Part shown: piece by piece, positions 26,676-27,688 of the stretch
Position numbering within the stretch: the first letter of the stretch is position 1
How the letters are laid out: every line of letters starts with the position of its first letter
From: a virus
Taxonomy: Duplodnaviria; Caudoviricetes
Direction: 5' to 3' (one strand)
DNA length: 27,688 nt
IMG/VR virus record: IMGVR_UViG_3300031890_000042
Location: 1 to 27,688 of that record
Program-made: the position numbers and the translations under genes
Notes under the pieces: generated by a model
Databases searched by the model: none
Told to the model about the DNA's origin: nothing
Seen by the model: the letters and a program-made list of their open reading frames with translations, nothing else

Positions 26676-27688
26676 TGCCTATCCGCACCGACTGGGGCGA
26701 CCTGCGCGAGAGCGCGATCGAATTGCGTGCGCAGAAGCAGGGTCCGCTGATCGGCACTTCGGTGCAGCAGGACCTGCTGCAGATTGCCAGCGCCGGCTAT
26801 GTCCTGGTGCCGCCTCCGATCGATGGCAACCTGTACGGCGTGACCAACGCTGCATGGGTTAGCGGCGGACAGATGATAAACCCTCTGACGATCGCACCAC
26901 AAATCAGCGGCCACAACGCCACCATCACTCTCAACAAGCCGCTGCCGGCCGGCACCGCTGCCGATCAGATCATTGGTCAGAGTGGTGGCAGCAATCGGTG
27001 GGCTCTTCTCCTGGGTGATACTGCGGCAGAGACTGGGAGCAACGCAGGATCAAATTTACAACTCATAGCCTTCAACGATGCCGGCAGCCAGATCAGCAAT
27101 CCTCTAGAAATCATTCGCGCGACTGGACAAACTATTGTTAATGGCAATCTGAATATTGTAGGCACAAGCAACGGTTTTTGGATCATTCCGAGCGCCTATG
27201 ATGCATTCATCAATCTGCAAAAACCTGCCGCTGGTTATGCTGACATTATCTATGCTTACACCGGCGCCAATCTGCGATGGACGCTACAGCTTGGCGACCG
27301 CTCCAACGAAACCGGCAGCGATACCGGTTCTAACTTCCTGATCCAGAACTATCACGACAACGGAACGCTGATTGATACCCCACTGACGATCATCCGCGCG
27401 ACCGGCGGCGCCACCTTCTCGAGCACTCTCAACGTCACCGGTGCCACGACGCTCAGCAGCACCCTCAGCGTCACCGGCGCCTCTACCTTCAATGGTACCG
27501 TCACTTTCAACAGTGGCGTCAATTTCGATGGCTCGCCGGTTACCATCTCGCCGGCATCCGGAAACAGCGCGCTCGTTCTCAACAAGCCGGCATCCGGTCA
27601 AGCCGATCAGGTCATCGGCCAGACCGCAGGCCTCAACAGGTGGGCGGTTGTGGCTGGCGATAGCTCGGCCGAAAGCACTGGCAACGCC
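26675..27688 (+). CDS. Second tail fibre / spike protein, truncated at window end
   Basis: TGATG-coupled ATG 26675, read open to the window end (absent from the ORF track); MPIRTDWGDL..., PPIDGNLYG...W, three RWxxxxGD..ETG repeats at 26996, 27275 and 27638. Confidence 0.8.
   Translation, partial: MPIRTDWGDLRESAIELRAQKQGPLIGTSVQQDLLQIASAGYVLVPPPIDGNLYGVTNAAWVSGGQMINPLTIAPQISGHNATITLNKPLPAGTAADQIIGQSGGSNRWALLLGDTAAETGSNAGSNLQLIAFNDAGSQISNPLEIIRATGQTIVNGNLNIVGTSNGFWIIPSAYDAFINLQKPAAGYADIIYAYTGANLRWTLQLGDRSNETGSDTGSNFLIQNYHDNGTLIDTPLTIIRATGGATFSSTLNVTGATTLSSTLSVTGASTFNGTVTFNSGVNFDGSPVTISPASGNSALVLNKPASGQADQVIGQTAGLNRWAVVAGDSSAESTGNA

Overview
The window is the virion-morphogenesis region of a short-tailed (podovirus-type) dsDNA phage or prophage, GC-rich and plausibly infecting an alphaproteobacterium (host is inference only). 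Nearly all genes are on the + strand and translationally coupled. In order: glycine-rich and exported accessory proteins, a P22-like portal, four small ORFs, scaffold, a ~350-nt promoter-driven structured leader, an N4-gp56/DUF4043-type major capsid protein, decoration-like proteins, head-tail adaptor, tail nozzle, a GNAT-like protein, ejection (internal virion) proteins including one with a peptidase-S74-like C-terminus, a counter-oriented small membrane protein, a lytic-transglycosylase-like protein, an HNH-AP2 endonuclease and two tail-fibre genes (the last truncated). The most unusual signals are: (1) a large, switch-like structured RNA between a sigma70-like promoter and the capsid gene; (2) one ~80-aa 'GGxGYT...GGSGxG...YxVGD' module inserted four times in three core structural proteins; (3) three Sec-signal, even-cysteine proteins embedded in the virion operon; (4) an apparent AUU start for the tail-collar gene. 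All family calls come from motif recognition and synteny, not database searches.
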